Assembly (NCBI GenBank): GCA_951406725.2
Contig: OX597815.1
Coordinates: forward strand, 202,802,001 to 202,866,000
Direction of reading: 5' to 3'
Origin: Octopus vulgaris
Taxonomy: Eukaryota
Length of the DNA: 64,000 nt
Below, in pieces: positions 37,599 to 52,710 of the stretch. Every line of letters begins with the position of its first letter. Positions within the stretch are counted from its first letter, which is position 1. The translations under genes were made by a program, and so were the position numbers. Under the pieces are notes generated by a model. That model searched no databases. It was not told where the DNA came from and worked only from the letters and a program-made list of their open reading frames with translations.

Positions 37599-38985
37599 TT
37601 TCCTACACACTACTTTCCATCCTTAATAATGAAACTTGGTAGATCCAAAAGTTAAACACACAGACACACACACACACACAGACATACAAGTTGAGTTTTA
37701 TATATATAGATTTCTCAACGGGGATTTCAGGGAAGAGTTTCAGGGAGTCGCTGGCGATGTATCGTGATAATCAAAAATCCGGCCTGCTAAAATTTGTTTA
37801 AAGTGATTCAAACTGCAGACTCAACGCAAAATGGTCACATTTAATTCAAAGCGTTAAAAATGTTATGAAAACAATTGGTATGTGTTCACAAAGTCCAAAC
37901 GATTAATACGAAAAAAAACCTCCAGGCTACATCCCGATAATTCATTTCTTTGCCGAATTTCTACAATGTTTACGGCGATTCGTTTTTATACCTTGATTTG
38001 TTTTTATTTTTCATGCAATTTACGCATGCTTGCACGCGAGGGGAATACAGTTCACGTCAAACAGCTGACTGAGTAAAGTTCACTATTCAATGCATGGGAT
38101 AAGGCCTAAACGAGCACATTATCGATTTTTGCACTTGCGAGATGAATTTCGGAGCAGAAATAGCGCAGTTCAATTTTCATTCGCCTAAACTTTAAGTGAC
38201 CCATTTTTGGTGGTTTTACGATTTGTTGGCTTGGAGGAGATGTGCTGGGAAGTTAAACACACAGACACACACACAGATACACACACAGACACACAAGTTG
38301 AGTTTTATATATATTTATATATAAGCATGTATGTATGTATGTGTGTATGTATGTATCGTTTTCATGATGACAGACTATGACCCTTTCAGATAAGAATGCA
38401 ATGTTTACATAACAATTGCTCTGTAGTTGTTGTATTTCAGAACAACTTAAAAATAAGCCGATCAATAGCAACATTAAGTTAGTGTTTACTCATCATAGAA
38501 AAAAGCAGACAGCATCATTCTTGAAAAAAAGTATGATTGTACAATGACTTAATGATGAATTTGGTTGCTTAGAGACTTAGAGGTTACATTTTGAGAATCC
38601 TTGAAAGCTGATAAAATATACAGACAGATTATATATCATTACGTAGATAGAATTGTCTCTTCTCTTTAGAATCTTTGTAAATTTGACTATATGACATATA
38701 CATATATATATACATACACATGTGCAGATATATATGTATGTATGAATGTATTTATGTATATATGCATGCATGTATGTATGTATGTATGTATGTATGTATG
38801 TATGTATGTATGTATGTATCATGTATTGCAGCAATTAAATATGTGTGGATAGAGCAGTTTTTTGTTGATTCTTTCAAGAGTTTACACAAGCATACCAACC
38901 ACCAGAACTTGATATTATTCTGTTATATATTTTAACACTAACTATTTGCCGAACTTACAGTTTATTCGACATAAACACACACCGA

Positions 38986-39218
38986 GGCGGCGAGCTGGCA
39001 GAGTCGTTAGCACGCCGGGCGAAATGCTTAGCAGTATTTCGTCTGCCGTTACGCTCTGAGTTCAAATTCCGCCGAGGTCGACTTTGCCTTTCATCCTTTC
39101 GGGGTCGATTAAATAAGTACCAGTTATGCACTGGGATCGATGTAATCGACTAAATCCATTTGTCTGTCCTTGTTTGTCCCCTCTGTGTGTAGCTCTTTGT
39201 GGGCAGTAAATAAACAAA
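38986..39218 (+). mobile_element. SINE family B with 15-bp TSD
   Basis: TSD ATAAACACACACCGA at 38971-38985 and 39219-39233. Confidence 0.9.
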
Positions 39219-40069
39219 ATAAACACACACCGACACAGTGAGAGAGAATAGAAAATTTCGTGCCCGCAGAAAGAAATTAATAAACACACATCCAAACCTG
39301 TACCTATACATTTGCGTACACGCGGGGAAAAATATGCTCAACAGGTTGTTAACTATTCGTCTCAATGGATGTGTGTATGTGAGTGTGCGTGCATGTGAAT
39401 GTGTTTCTTCGTTGATGGTGATTTTAACAGATTCAGAGTACTTAACAACCAATGATACAATTTTGTTCCTTCGTTTTCCATTTGCCTCAATAAGCGGGTC
39501 GTCACTGGTCGCTGGCCATTTAAAATTTCTACTGTTTTTCTATAGTAATGCTAAGCAGCTTTTTAGCAGAACCACCCAAGATTCTATCTCATTTGTAGTT
39601 AGGTTCTAGCCACAGATCAACTCCAATGAAACACATTTGTGATCACAAGTATTTGATAGATAACAATCCTTATCTTATATTTAGATGTAGTCAAGTACTG
39701 ATGTCGATGTAACTGATTTCCCCCCTACCTAAACAATTCCAGGCCTTCTGCTTATAGTAGAAAGGTTTATTAGGGCGTTCAACTGGCATAAAGTTTAAAG
39801 CGTCGGACAAATTGTAAAGGGAATATATGTGCAGTGCTTAGTTCTACTAGTTCTTCTACACCGTATATATAAGCTGTAAGAATTTGATTATATTCCAAGT
39901 TCAGTTAAAGATTAACTTCGCTTTCTATCCTTTCAAGGTCGAGAAAACCGAGAAAAAAAATAAATGTCATCTGTTGAGCTCGATATAATGGGATGCTCTT
40001 CTCCCACTAACTTTCTCATCTTGAGCTCTCTAGTAACAGGAATTGCTATTACTATATATACTATAGTTA

Positions 40070-40290
40070 AAGCGGTGAGCTGACTGAATCATTAACATGT
40101 CGGCCGAGAAAATTGCTTTGCAGCATTTTGTTCGTCTCGTCCCTACGTTCTGAACTCAAATTCAACCTAGGTCGTATTTGCCTTTTATTCCTTCCAGGGT
40201 CGCTAAAATAATTACATCAACCCCAACTAAGCACTGGAGTTGACGTAATCAACTTTCCTCTCTCTTGAATTTGCTGGCCTTGTGTCAATA
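40070..40290 (+). mobile_element. Old diverged SINE related to family B
   Basis: GCGGTGAGCTGACTGAATC...TTCAAC..GGTCG..TTTGCCTTTTATTCCTT..GGGTCG. Confidence 0.6.
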
Positions 40291-40294
40291 TATA

Positions 40295-40686
40295 CTCTTT
40301 TACCCTTTTACTCTTTTACTTGTTTCAGTCATTTGACTGCGGCCATGCTGGAGCACCGCCTTTAATCGAGCAACTCGACCCCGGGACTTATTCTTTTGTA
40401 AGCCCAGTACTTATTCTATCGGTCTCTTTTGCCGAACCGCTAGGTAACACGGACATAAATACACCAGCATCGGTTGTCAAGCAATGCTAGGGAGACAAAC
40501 ACAGACACACACACGCATATATATATATATACATATATACGACGGGCTTCTTTCAGTTTCCGTCTACCAAATCCACTCACAAGGCTTTGGTCGGCCCGAG
40601 GCTATAGTAGAAGATACTTGCCCAAGATGCCACGCAGTGGGACTGAAGCCGGAGCCATGTGGTTGGTAAACAAGCTACTTACCACA
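40295..40686 (-). mobile_element. SINE family A
   Basis: Matches 3451-3890. Confidence 0.9.
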
Positions 40687-41610
40687 AATTATTTGTACAT
40701 TAGTAAATTGACAGAACCACTAAACCGTACGAGAAAATACATTGCTCATATTATTTCAGCACTTGATCGTCAGATTTCAAAACCTGTGGGATTCTATCCT
40801 TCCAGAATCAACAAAGTAATACGTGGCAGATAACTTGGCTGTTAGAGAGTCGCAGAAAATAATTTACAGTACCTGATCCAGTTTTTTTTTATATTCTAGA
40901 TTCGATTTTTATTCCGCTAATATCAGCTTTATCTTTCGTCTTCCCATGGGGAAAAAGAGTTGATGTAATATCCGGAGCCACAGTCTAAATTCCTATGAGA
41001 CATGCATGTGACAATGTGCTCATGATCACCTGGGCAGCTAAAGGTATGGTGTATGCAACGACTCAGTCATAAACAGCTGATTTATGAAATTATTAATCAT
41101 GATGCGGATATAAATGATGAAGATGACTACAGTGATGGAGATTGTGATGTAGAGGATAATGCTTGTTACTTAGGTGGAGGTGGGGGAGATGTTATAAAAA
41201 GTAGGAAGGGCAGTAGGCTAGGTATATTATTTTTGAGAAAGAAAGAAAGGATAACGAAAATCTCAATGTACGCGAGCAACGGAGATAACCGCATTATCAT
41301 ACATTTCTAAGATCGAACCACTCACTTCATCATAGCAAGAAATGGTTGGTCATTTGCGTGAGTCGGCATAAGTATATGAAAAAAAGGAAACGAGACAGAG
41401 AAGTGCTTCATATAATAGAATCAATTCTGGTGAGATAGGATGTAGAACATAACTAGAGACAGCCACGCATTATTATTCGGGGCTCAACTGATTGGGAAAA
41501 ATGATGAAAATTTCATCTATACCGATACACTCCTCATCCCACACACACAAATACACTAGCACTAATATTATACATACCTACACTCAAAGAAAAATACACC
41601 TATACGTACA

Positions 41611-42320
<710 letters not shown>

Positions 42321-42491
42321 TAGATATAGATATCTATTTTAAAGAATATGTTTATATTTCAAAAGATTATTTACGTATATTTATGAATTATTTTATTATA
42401 TATTATATATATATATATGTATGTGTGTGTATGTATATCAGTATATACATTTGTGTGTGTGAGCGTGAGTGTGAGTGTGTATGTTTGTGTT

Positions 42492-42524
<33 letters not shown>

Positions 42525-45061
42525 TTGTATGTTAGAGAAAAAGATGAACAAACGGAGAATTGGGGAATACTAATAGCGATGGTCACCTGAGGACAATGAA
42601 TTTAAAATGCAGTCTATTTAAAACTAGTCGCTGGTTTCACAGTTTCTTGCATTTTCTGCAAGATAGTCATAAATATCGAAATGGTGTAATTGAATTTTTT
42701 TTTTCTGAAAGACTTGGCATTTCTTAATAAAATTTAATTAAGTTCTCTCTGTTCGTAATATATACTTATATCTGTGCCAATTGTGGACTTCAAGCTACAA
42801 TGATTATCCAAGCATTCATTTCAACAAGCCATCAAATTCATTTAAGTATATGGAAAACGACTAAATTAGAAAATGTTTCAATTTGAAATTTTATTTTATT
42901 CACCTTGATTTGTTAACCGATTTGTTAACTCTTCTACTAGTTTTAATCATTGGACTGAAACCATGCTGGCCCACTGACTTCGACAATTTTTGACGGTCAT
43001 GACATTTAATATTTCATTCTTGAAAGTATTTTATCAAATCGATAAATTTCACATTCTGGTTAGGCTGCTAGGCAGCGGATCCGTAACTGGATTTGGTTGC
43101 TTTTGGTTTTATTTAGATATTGGTGGCATATTTACTCTCCTTATCACAAGGACAGAGATTAGTGTTGTATTGACATAGGTTGACACTAAACAAGCAGAAA
43201 TATGCTCAAACATTTTATAGCCTTGACGATGTTGTCTGTTTAACATTTTAACCAATATGCTTTCTTTAATAAAGAAATTATTGAGCCTATGTTAATTATT
43301 CGACCATATATGGAGCACAGTCAGAAGCTTGACAATTCACGCCGCTTGTAATTTGTTTATGCAAGTTGATTCGTTAAGTTGAAACTCTTTCAAAAGCATT
43401 ACAGTCAGTTCAAATGACAGATATATACACATAGTACTTACATCAACTGTTACTTAAAACAGCTTGGATCTTAAACAAAGGCACTTTCTAGCAATTCTGC
43501 AAGTCTTCATGAAAGCATTACATCTAATATTCAACTGCTCGTTGGGATTCACCAAAATATTAAATCAATAAATTAAATTATTTAGTCACGGCATTCACAT
43601 TACAGTAAGGTATATAGATGTATTTTTTAAATATAAAATTATTTATATATATATATATTATAGTAAATTAGAGATAAAACCACTATTAGGCAAATCATAT
43701 ATATATATATATATATATATGCCACCATTTCTTTTTCAATAATATAAATATAATTCTGTTAGCATATTCAATGAAGTCGTTATTAGTTTATTTATCTATT
43801 TAGAATGTAAATATTTCTGATAGGATATTATTTCTATACTATTAGATCACATTTACTGTAGCGAAATATTAGATATAGCTGACACAGAAGCTAAAAGCTT
43901 CCATTTTGTCATTGAATATTACGATTCTTTTCGCCTCCTTAGGGAAAAGAGCATATAAGATGCTGTTATGTAGTTTGCAATAGCTTTATTGAAGAGGAAG
44001 ATACACGTCCTTGACTGAAAACCATAAGCGATTAGGAAATGTCTTTCAATCAGAAAAAATAAAACAGCAAATAAAGAGCGATGTACAGGAAATTTCAATA
44101 AGTTAACATTCTATGGAATAACATTTGGATACAATGGAACGTGATGAATCTGAGACGGGAAAGGAGAAATATTAAAGGAGAATTCTTTGTGTTAAAGTAA
44201 GTTTGAGGAAAGCTTGATTTGAAATATTGTTCTAGTACAATGCAAAATGCAGAATGCATGAGACACGTTGGATCTGTAAGCTACCTATTGTAGTATATTG
44301 ATGAAAGAATAACAGTTGGGTACAAAGAATTTTTCGATCCCCATCGAGGCTGTCTGTGAATTACTAGCAGAGACATTCCATTTTGAGTCTTACACGAACA
44401 GATCATGGGTAATGGACACATGATGTGCCTAAGAAGCACTCAAGAGAAAATTTCCACATTGTAGGAAACTATAAACCAGATTATTCAATATAGTTCATTC
44501 CACATCACTAAACGTACCGTATCTTCTTTAAATAAAAAATAAATTCGTTCTTGGACTGCGAGCGAGAAAAATTGTGCTGGTAGTTGACGAAGAGAAGGAA
44601 TACAGAAAAGTATGCCTCTTACAATTCAGTGACGTCATTGAAAGACTAATATGCGTTTCCATTCATGTCTAGGAAGAGAACCTCTAAGAGTACTATCATC
44701 GTAGCGGAGTCTTCTCATTGCCGAATTCACTGGAACGCGTTGAGTATAACATTGCACGAATACAAAGATACATATATACATATTTATAGATACACACACA
44801 CGCAGACACAAACATACAAACACACACACACACATACGCACTCACACATACGCACATACACCTATTGTAGTATTTCGGGATGGCCATTTTCTTTGCCAAA
44901 TAAACACGCGCACGATCCTACATACTATTCTTTGTTCTTTGTACATGAGGGTCTTTTGAATGGATAAGCTCTACAGATCAGGTATTTCATAAGAGTTCTT
45001 GGCATTTCTAATTCAATCCGTAGATTTACCTTATCTAATGTTTTCCTACAAAGATATATGC

Positions 45062-45312
45062 TAGGGAAGCCACCCTTCCCGTCTTCAACCTATGATACAC
45101 ACAGACTCGAGTTTCTGCTTCGTTTATTTTTGCTTGTTTACACATTTTCGATATCAGCGACTTTTCGTCACTGGAAAAAGGATATATATTTGCAAAGGGA
45201 GGCCTTCTTTACATCGACAACCATTGATTGTCACACGCTGATGACGGGTCATTACCCAGAAACTCGAGTCCGTGTGTATCATAGGTTGAAGATGGGAAGG
45301 ATGGCTTCCCTT
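45062..45312. mobile_element. MITE with ~55-bp TIRs
   Basis: AGGGAAGCCACCCTTCCCGTCTTCAACCTATGATACACACAGACTCGAGTTTCTG and its near reverse complement at 45257-45311. Confidence 0.75.
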
Positions 45313-45667
45313 TGCAGATACTGATAGGGCACAGAAAGTGTGTCTATAGCCAGCTGGAGGAGGTGTCTTCCTGGGGATACAAGCTACAGTAGCATCCACT
45401 CTTAGGGGTTAGCCACATTTAGGTGGCAAATATAGTTCACGATATAAATATATATATGTAAGATAGGATAACATTTTTCGAAAAAAATTTTATCAATGGC
45501 CAGCATATTAAAAAAATACCTTTAAAGGTTAAATTTATAAATTTATAAATAATAAAAGAAAAAAAATTCTAATGCCAAATATGCCGAAAATAGACAAATT
45601 GTCAATAACCATTATAATTTATCATTATTAATATGTCTGGATACAAAATCTCTAAAAAATTCCGTTA

Positions 45668-45728
45668 TTACCGTATTCGTCCCAATTTCAGAATTAATTA
45701 ATAAGAATTTTCTCCTCGTCAGCGATAA
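45668..45728 (-). ncRNA. Type I hammerhead motif
   Basis: TTATCG-CTGACGA-GGAG...TTCT-GAAA-TT GGGACG AAT-A-CGGTAA. Confidence 0.55.
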
Positions 45729-45787
45729 ATACGTAAGACATAAATGAAATACCTACTCATGTCCATGTGTGTGTGTGAGTGTGTGTG

Positions 45788-45821
<34 letters not shown>

Positions 45822-48142
45822 GGTAAACCTTGTTTGTTGTTCTTTCACATGTCTCTGTGTCTTTTGTATACGTTTGGAACATAAGTGTATGTAAATATAA
45901 CATTGCACCTAGCGGTACTCCATTTACATATGTTTCAGAGAAAAGAGATACTCGAGTACAGAGCGTAGTAAGAGACAATATAAATGACAAGAAAATATGT
46001 AATGACCTTCATTACCTCACACCGGTTTCTGTGATAAGATGGAATGCTCTCATAGTTTTATATATATATATAGGCTATCAGCAGCAATATTTCAGCATGG
46101 ATTTTCCTTCAAATAATGAACTCCAGGCCAGCCCTCAAGGAAATACAAAGGTCAAATTATTGGCTCTGAAAATGAGAGAAGGGTCAAGTTCACCACAGTC
46201 ATTTCGTTGATGCCCTTACTTTGTATTCAGGTAATATTTATAGCACCAAAAGACAGATCTGGTCTCCAGAGTTTTCACTAAAAATAAGACTGGATTTTAG
46301 TCGGAACAAATGTTCATATTTGGTTGCGAAAGGATAAAAAAAAAACGTTGACTAGGCAAGGAACCAATGACCTGTCTATCTCCAGCGTCACCAGCGATGA
46401 ATGTTGTAAATAATTTAGAATTGACGAGAATATTATATGTTGATGCTGTGAGCACAGCCAGCATGACACAAGAATACTTCAGCGGACTTCGAAAGATATA
46501 GAAGTCAGATCTGTTAGCATTCAATATGAGTATATCTCCAATGCTAATGCCTTTTCAGTGCTAGAAACAACAATATCAGTGAGCTTTATTATCTATATGG
46601 TTGTTCTAAGTAGAAAAACCAATAGGTATTCTGAAATAATTATTCTCGCCCTACTATTTAGAAGTAGAAGGCAACTTTCAAAGCAAAATAGGAAGCTTTA
46701 AATACGATCTTTTCAAGTCAATCAAAAATAAACTTGTGCGAATAAATATAAAAACCAAATAAATTCCTAAATAACTAACCGTTTAATTTACTTTAAGTAT
46801 AATATTACGAATATGAAAGCCCCCTTTTGTCTTGATGCAAGCTACGCCTAATTCAGTGTATCGACTTTTTTTTAGAAATCTGATTAGTTTCATCCTCTGA
46901 AATAGCAAATAACATTTAGATTTAATTGAAACTGTCTGTCGGTTTGTCAATGCAAATTAGTGGTCAATTATAGTCTTCGGAAATATTTACTTTTGCTTTA
47001 CATGAATCGAGTATATTCTATACGTTTTGGGCCGGTTATTTATGTTGGTACAGAATTAAGTTGTCTGACAAGTTTTAAAAGGAAGTTTAAAAATAACTTC
47101 CAAAGGTGGAGAGCCGATTAAATGAAATTTGGCTCAGTTACCTACAAGGCTTACTTCCTGAAAACCGTCCTGTCAAATAGAGTTGGCAGCCATTATTAAC
47201 CCAATGGTAAAATAAGATGCAATAGAAACAAAACGAAAATAAATACAATGATAATATGAATATATAAGCCAAAACAAGTAGGAATTTGGTCTAAAGCCAA
47301 CCGTACGGAATTTAAACAGTGACCTACAAAATAATATTCCATGGAAAGCACGTCTAATAGTCCCCAGAAAGAAGCAATTATAGATTATATGAAGTTTTGT
47401 TTATATACTATCTTTTTAAACAAGTTATTCAATTGTTTGGTAGTTAAATATATTCTATGGATTATTTCCTACTCTTTTATAAATATGCAGACCACGTCTT
47501 TAGAAATATACGAGGCTGAATGTATAGATATTATTTCTAGAAGCCATAAAATATTTAAATTTGTAACATACAACTAAACTCAATACTTTTGTGATTTGTT
47601 TTACTGATGAAACAGAGAGGAAGTCTGAAGGGCTTTGTTAGAATGCTATAAATTAACGCAAAATTCTTACAACTTCCTTGACACACATGTGCAGATACAC
47701 ATTGACATATACAAGCAGACTAATATACACGTATACACACGCATAATGTGTTTTTATGTACATGCGTGTGTTTCTGTGTGCGTATTACTAGGAGGAAGGG
47801 ACAGTGCCCATATCTTTTACAGCGTCTTCTTGAACAGTGAATTTGATGCAATGAAGTTTGAATTTGAAACAGTGAGAGTAAAAATCTGTGGAAGAGATAT
47901 TAGAAGGTAGGAAATCCCAGAATGTCAATGTTCTGGGATGGAATATTTTGATGTTGGGATTAGTGCAGATCCTGAAAATGGCCACACGACTGTTAAAGGA
48001 ATGGGAAACTAATAAGGTATGACTGAGAGGAACCTAGGTCTTTATAGCCGCACTACATAAAGCTGAAGGAGAGAGAAAGAGATAGAGCGGGAAAGAGAGA
48101 GAAATAGATAGACAGAGAAAGAGATAGTTTGGATTTCCACAG

Positions 48143-48330
48143 ACGGCATAGCTGTGTGGTAAGAAGTTTGCTTTTTAACAACATATTTTCAGTTTCAAAT
48201 CCATTGTGAGATACGGTAGATAGAATCTTCTGCTATAGCTCAGAGCTGACCAAAGACTTGTAAATGGGTTTGGTAGACAGAAATTAAAAGAAGCCCATCA
48301 TATACATGTACATATATATATGTGTATGTC
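48143..48330 (+). mobile_element. Diverged SINE family A 5' part
   Basis: TAGCTGTGTGGTAAGAAGTTTGCT...TCTTCTGCTATAGC...TTGGTAGACAGAAATTAAAAGAAGCCC. Confidence 0.7.
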
Positions 48331-49683
48331 TGCGTTTCTTACGTATAAATACACATAGTATTTATAATTAACTTTTACACACCTCACAGAAATATGTCCC
48401 TTTTCTTTCCAGCACTTTAGCATTTAACTCCCTAATATGTGAATTCATTCACCCTTCCTCTCCTAACTGATCTCTGTTTATAATTTGATTTTCAAATATA
48501 TACGACTTGCTTTTCCATGTGTTTCACTCCTCTGATAAAAAAAATACGTTTACATGGGGGGTATTTGCATGGAGAAATTCTTTGAATTTTTCTTCATAAT
48601 AATTTTGTCACAACCGTTTTACAATGAAATTTTCCTAATTTAGTTTCAAACGTAATACTACACATTCAGAAGATGAGAGAACTAGCTTCGGTACTTCTCG
48701 TCTCAGATTCATCACGCTCCATTGTATCCAAATGTTATTCCATAGAATGTTAACTTGCTGAAATTTCCTGTATGTTGCTCTTTATTTGCTATTTTATTTT
48801 TCTGATTGAAAAAAGCTTTGTGTTTCTTTGTTAGTTAAACTATGCCAGAACGATTCAGTTATAGAGGGCAGTGCACACTAAAACAATAACCACTTTACGC
48901 AAAGCAGTTCTGTTACCAAGCAATATCCACTTTTTTTTTCGATTTTCCTCATTTCAGGCTCGCAAATTTTATCATGCTTTCAGTGGAGATGATACTCCTA
49001 CGCATAGCGTATTATCTCCATCAGTGAATCACAAATGGATTTTAGAAGGTAGTTAGAGGCTTCAATGGCGAAAGATCATAGTGCTAAAAAGGAGCCACAT
49101 GTATACACGCAAATTTAAGGACTAAAGAATTGCATTTTTATTGAATTGAGCAACTACAAAATCATCTGCTGGTGCAAGAAATTGCGTGGGGTTATGATGA
49201 AACCTTTTATCCAACTGCGATCATGTAACAACGTCAGTGGTGTAGAAAAAAAACTTCTACTGCCGAGAGAGGTACATGGGCCGTAAGAATTTGGAGCTAG
49301 TTTAAGATTGACTTTGAGTGGGTAAGACTGTTTGCTATAGACAGCGCTTCAACGGAGAATCGTTCCATTCGGGAGGAGATTAAATGACCTAACTAAAAGT
49401 AAAGAGCTCCGATTATCACAACTGAAGATGAAACTGGATTGTATTGGATATCATTACTGCGGAATACTTAAAGTTTTAAAAGTAAAATCTCCGTATCTTG
49501 TCTTAAATTAGGTAAAGAATATTTGTAGATGTTGTTTTACTGAATGAAAACCTTCTTCAGATGAGATGAAAACACTCTTAATTAATATCAATGCAGCCTC
49601 TCATTCAGGTGCTCACCGTTTTAACAATGATGATGGGAAAACAAGGTGTATTTTCTTACCACTTAGTGTTTCCTTCGCAAATC

Positions 49684-50062
49684 GTGGAGGCGCAATGGCC
49701 CAGTGGTTAGGGCAGCGGACTCGCGGTCATAGGATCGCGGTTTCGATTCCCAGACCGGACGTTGTGAGTGTTTATTGAGCGAAAACACCTAAAAGCTCCA
49801 CTATGCTCCGGCAGGGGATGGTGGTGATCCCTGCGTAGTCTTTCACCACAACTTTCTCTTACTTCCTGTTTCTGTTGTACCTGTATTTCAAGGGGCCGGC
49901 CTTGTCACTCTCTGTGTCATGCTGAATATCCCCGAGAACTACGTTAAGGGTACACGTGTCTGTGGAGTGCTCAGCCACTTACACGTTAATTTCACGAGCA
50001 GGCTGTTCCGTTGATTCGGATCAACCGGAACCCTCATCGTCGTAACCGACGGAGTGCTTCCA
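49684..50062 (+). mobile_element. tRNA-derived SINE, family C (tRNA-Arg-like head), 11-bp TSD
   Basis: GGCGCAATGGCCCAGTGGTTAGGGCAGCGGACTCGCGGTC...GGTTTCGATTCC; TSD TCCTTCGCAAA at 49671-49681 and 50063-50073. Confidence 0.85.
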
Positions 50063-50944
50063 TCCTTCGCAAACCAGGTTATAACTGTATTCTGCAAACG
50101 ATTGTACCAACGATGATATTCGAATGCAGTCTCCATGGTTACAGAAGCGCAAAACGCACGAGGGGCACGAATTCTCAATTACATCAAGAACTATAACTTC
50201 AAGTCATGCGGGGACGAAAATCACTCAATAAATATAAATAATATAACCTCAAGACTGCAATAATCAGTAGTATCAACTAGTGAAGAAAGGCATTCAAATC
50301 AAAGTTTGGGAAAGAAATAAACTTGTGGAAAGTCGTATGCATTTAGTGGAGTTCATCGTGTTCCGAAAATTCATGTTAGGTTTCCAGTTTGAGGACAAAA
50401 GTACAGCCTATGCCTGACGCTAAAATTAACAGGACAGACATATCCTTATTTCAAAACTTAGCTTTCATAAGCATATTTTAAGCAAGCATTCCTATCTGGC
50501 AGCGAAAACGTAATTGATAAATTTACAGTGCAATAGGAATGCTAGTGGTGACATACACTACATCGTGTTAACCAGTGCGTTTATTCTCATCGACTGTGTA
50601 AGTTGAATAAAAATAAGTAGTTAATATATATATGCATGAATAAATATGTATACTACTAGATAGATAGTCAACTATGTTTTATTATTAGCATAAAACTTCA
50701 TAATGTCAGCAACATCGATAAACAGAGCAGCCTATTATGGACTGTAAATGGGTGTAACGCAATTCCTAACATAGACAAAAGATAGGGATCCAAATAAATT
50801 GCCTAAATTCAGCAACTGGTACATTCTCTGCAGAAGAAGCAAGAAATATTTCATACACATCATTAAGTAGTTGTCTGAAAATCATACTAATGTAATACCA
50901 TACCTATGGCCTGATGTCCTGGTTATAAGAAAACTGTTAATGCT

Positions 50945-51082
50945 ACCACCCCCTGCCGGAGCTTCGTGGATCCTAAGGTGTTTTCGCTCAATAAACACTC
51001 ACAACGCCCGGTCTAGGAATCGAAACTGCGATCCTACGACCGTGAGTCCGCTGCCCTAACCACTGGGCTATTGCGCCTCCAC
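50945..51082 (-). mobile_element. SINE family C 5' part
   Basis: Reverse complement of 49684-49825. Confidence 0.85.
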
Positions 51083-51289
51083 AATATATATATTCTGGCA
51101 AGAACATCTACACACCCCGTGCCCTCACCCACCGAAATGACCGCTGCCTGACCCGTTAAAATCTTCAACGCACCCACCACCCTTTTTCAACATACACTGA
51201 TAAACAGTTTGGCCATGGGCTCTTAGGAGCCTAGTTCGATTTGTTTTGCTCCGCTTCTGTTCTGTTTTTGTTTTTTCCAACGGATTTCC

Positions 51290-51382
51290 TATTTCTTCCT
51301 GAAGAGAAAGACACAATATGGTCTCATTATTCAATCGGAATTTGGTAAATTGTGCCTTTCGAAACACGTGTAGAATGAAATA
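51290..51382 (+). ncRNA. Type I hammerhead ribozyme motif with long stem II
   Basis: TTC-CTGAAGA-GAAAGACACAAT...ATTGTGCCTTTC-GAAA-CACGTGT-A-GAA; canonical core, 11/12-bp stem II, palindromic stem III. Confidence 0.8.
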
Positions 51383-51425
51383 AAACGATTTCTGTTCAAT
51401 CTTCGTTCAACTCCATTTCTTCAAT

Positions 51426-51470
<45 letters not shown>

Positions 51471-51471
51471 G

Positions 51472-51509
<38 letters not shown>

Positions 51510-51510
51510 G

Positions 51511-51565
<55 letters not shown>

Positions 51566-52261
51566 GCATACATATATGTTTGTATGTATACATACATAAT
51601 TTCATACTTGACTACGTCATTGATGTTGTCAAAATTCCAATGGAACAGGGAATGGTTAACGTTATAGCTTTTTCAACAGTTCTTCATGTAACTCCAGCTT
51701 CACAAACCATTTTCTTTCGTTATTCAGATGGCATTGATCAAATAATTACCCTTTATATGCTTAGGTGTTCTCTCCCACAATTACCTTGTCCATAATATAA
51801 GATTATGCATTATCAAACACACTCTGTGTTATATAATAGATTCACCATATTCTTCTAAAAATAAACTCAGAGCTTAGGGGATGATGAAGAAGACCACTGA
51901 ATATTGATTGTTCCACAAAAGAAATGGGGAAAAATATAATTCTAGCTCTTAGTAAGCTTATTGATAAATCTAAATCTTTTGAGGAAATTTGAATGTCGTT
52001 ACAACTTCATAAAATACATGTATGACTGAATCGAAGTATTTCTGCTTTTGATGTCAGATCATAATATGATCTTATAATAACACGGCTAGCACGAACATCT
52101 GTCAATTAGTTTTCTTGAATAGCTATTGAAGAAGATACCGCATTTGAAAGGAAACGTTACAGGAAGAACGATACAGTTTTCTATTCAGTAATACATTTCG
52201 AAAACAGAAGAGTGATAAGCGTTACTGGGCATGGAATTAGTTGTATGTGGTTTCCATATGG

Positions 52262-52440
52262 AATAGCTGTCTGGTAAGAAGTTTGCTTTCCAACAATATA
52301 TTTTCGGTATCAGACCCATTGTGAGATTCCGTAGATAAAATTTTCTGCTATAGCCCTGGGCTGACCAACGATTTGTAAGTGGGTTTGTTAGACAGAAATT
52401 AAATGAAGCCCATCATATACATACGCACATATATACACAC

Positions 52441-52473
<33 letters not shown>

Positions 52474-52710
52474 AGTGTGTGTGTGTGAGTGTGTGTGTGA
52501 GTGTGTGTGTGTGGGGGGGTGTTTGGGTGGGTGCGTATGACTTTGCATTCCTTTACGTCACCGTAACTTCACAGATTGAAGAAAGAAACCAATTGAATGG
52601 AAGACCAGGTTTTAAAGACAGGTTCTGGTGTCCATTTGTTCAATTAAACCCTTCAAGACGTGGCCCCAGATTGGCCGCAGTTCAATGGCTGCTGAAAACA
52701 AGTGAAAGAT
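52262..52710 (+). mobile_element. Diverged SINE family A
   Basis: Head and tail (TGGCCGCAGTTCAATGGCTGCTGAAAACAAGTGAAAG) recognisable. Confidence 0.7.

Noticed and set aside
44180-44300. SWIM-like Cys/His motif of a DNA transposon
   Set aside because: Too decayed to support
49684-49760. tRNA gene
   Set aside because: Head of a SINE with body, tail and TSD; no complete acceptor stem
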